From contig JAQTOB010000015.1 in NCBI GenBank assembly GCA_028713575.1, positions 1-8,418 of the forward strand: a stretch of DNA of 8,418 nt, read 5' to 3'. Positions 7,504 to 8,418 of the stretch are shown here, in pieces. The stretch comes from Patescibacteria group bacterium. GTDB lineage: Bacteria; Patescibacteriota; Patescibacteriia; UBA2591; UBA6264. The position numbers were made by a program, and so were the translations under genes. Every line of letters begins with the position of its first letter. The first letter of the stretch is position 1. The notes beneath the pieces are model-generated. The model was not told where the DNA came from. It worked only from the letters and a program-made list of their open reading frames with translations, and did no database searches.

Positions 7504-8418
7504 TTATTTTGTCCAAATTCGCTTAGCCAATCGCCAGCCATATTTGGCAACAATCAAAATAATAAACAAATAAACAACATATTGAAATATCTGAAACAGC
7601 AATCCAACTAAATTAATAGTGATGTCCTGAATAACTTCATTAACATTGCGAACAAATGATTTAACCGCTAATTGCCACGATTCTTTTAAATCTTGCCAAT
7701 CAACAAATTTATTTTCTGTAATATAAACATTAAAATAAGTATAATTCAAGCGGTCAAGCTGCTCGGCTTTAGCCCGCCCTAATCTTTCCAGCTGCGCGGT
7801 AATGTTAATGCGCTCCTGGGTCAATTTCTCAATAATATTTATTTTACTGTCAATAATTTTTGCCAAACTCTCCGCGTCCTGAATCCGGGTGGCAATTCCG
7901 GCAATGTCGTCATAAGCCGCAGTTGCATTGGTTAGGGTCTCGTTAATAGAATTCATTTTTTTCTCCAATATCTCTAATTCACTGGTATAATCATCAACTA
8001 ACCGCTTAATGGTATAAGTGCTCTCGTTAAATTCTTTGGGATTTAATTCATTAATAATCGCCATTATTTCTTCCGTATTCTCTTTTCTGACTTTAAATCT
8101 GTAATTACAATTTTTTTCATATTCATTGGCGGTCTCAAAAATTACGTCTGGTCGCGATTTTAAATCCATAACCTGACTACAGGCTTCTTCTAAACGGCGC
8201 GTCTCAATATAGATATTATATTCTGTCACTTCAAAATCTTCCGCGTTTTCACCGCTGATTAAATCGCTGTCAGTTGCCGGAACCGGCGGAGTTACATTTC
8301 TAACAGACAAACCAACGCTACTGTCAGTCTGGCCGTAATCTTTGCTATAACTTTCTTTATAGGCTAATGGGCTCTGCCCAACGTTTATACTGCTTATTGA
8401 AGAACCAATTAAACGAAA
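7504..8418 (-). CDS. DUF4349-like membrane-anchored coiled-coil protein (hypothetical); N-terminus lies beyond the window
   Basis: The frame stays open upstream of the tracked TTG at 8310 all the way to 8418 (...FRLIGSSISSINVGQSPLAYKESYSKDYGQTDSSVG-LSVRNV...). The gene is therefore almost certainly 5'-truncated by the window. The architecture starts with a short alpha/beta region (FEVTEYNIYIETRRLEEA..., NYRFKVRKENTEEIMAIINEL). A long coiled-coil segment follows (DDYTSELEILEKKMNSINE...IEKLTQERINITAQLERLGRAKAEQLDRLNYTYFNVYITE). The C-terminus is a TM helix (LVGLLFQIFQYVVYLFIILIVAKYGW) with a basic tail. This matches my recollection of DUF4349 proteins, but the assignment is by eye. Confidence 0.6.
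   Translation of the reverse strand, partial: FRLIGSSISSINVGQSPLAYKESYSKDYGQTDSSVGLSVRNVTPPVPATDSDLISGENAEDFEVTEYNIYIETRRLEEACSQVMDLKSRPDVIFETANEYEKNCNYRFKVRKENTEEIMAIINELNPKEFNESTYTIKRLVDDYTSELEILEKKMNSINETLTNATAAYDDIAGIATRIQDAESLAKIIDSKINIIEKLTQERINITAQLERLGRAKAEQLDRLNYTYFNVYITENKFVDWQDLKESWQLAVKSFVRNVNEVIQDITINLVGLLFQIFQYVVYLFIILIVAKYGWRLAKRIWTK

Overview
This window is mostly ordinary core-genome content: a complete, canonical-order F1Fo ATP synthase operon on the + strand. It runs atpB (5'-truncated by the window edge), then atpE, atpF, atpH, atpA, atpG, atpD and atpC (positions 2-5612). A standalone CBS-pair (Bateman module) gene follows at 5684-6133, and a bidirectional intrinsic terminator lies at about 6149-6190. 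Two genes converge on the - strand. One is an HI0933/YhiN/BaiN-family FAD flavoprotein (6198-7430, using the internal ATG). The other is a DUF4349-like protein with a coiled coil and a C-terminal TM anchor (7504 to the window end, still open at 8418). These two genes are separated by their own terminator plus an extended -10 promoter. The DNA is AT-rich. Nine of the ten visible stop codons are TAA, genes are tightly packed, and essentially no start codon has a Shine-Dalgarno sequence. That pattern suggests a small-genome, low-GC uncultivated bacterium, possibly Patescibacteria/CPR-like, but this is inference only. I found no CRISPR array, mobile element, rRNA or tRNA gene, toxin-antitoxin pair or defence-like cassette, and I do not see convincing evidence for a novel multi-gene system. 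The points most worth a second look are listed here. (1) The c-subunit carries the Na+-binding signature in its rarer two-carboxylate form (E29 plus E62-S63-T64-x-x-Y67). (2) The delta/OSCP subunit is unusually short at 130 aa. (3) The CBS-pair gene appears to be appended to the atp transcription unit with no intervening terminator. (4) The flavoprotein gene has a probably leaderless extended -10 promoter, which also argues against the longer TTG start in the ORF track.
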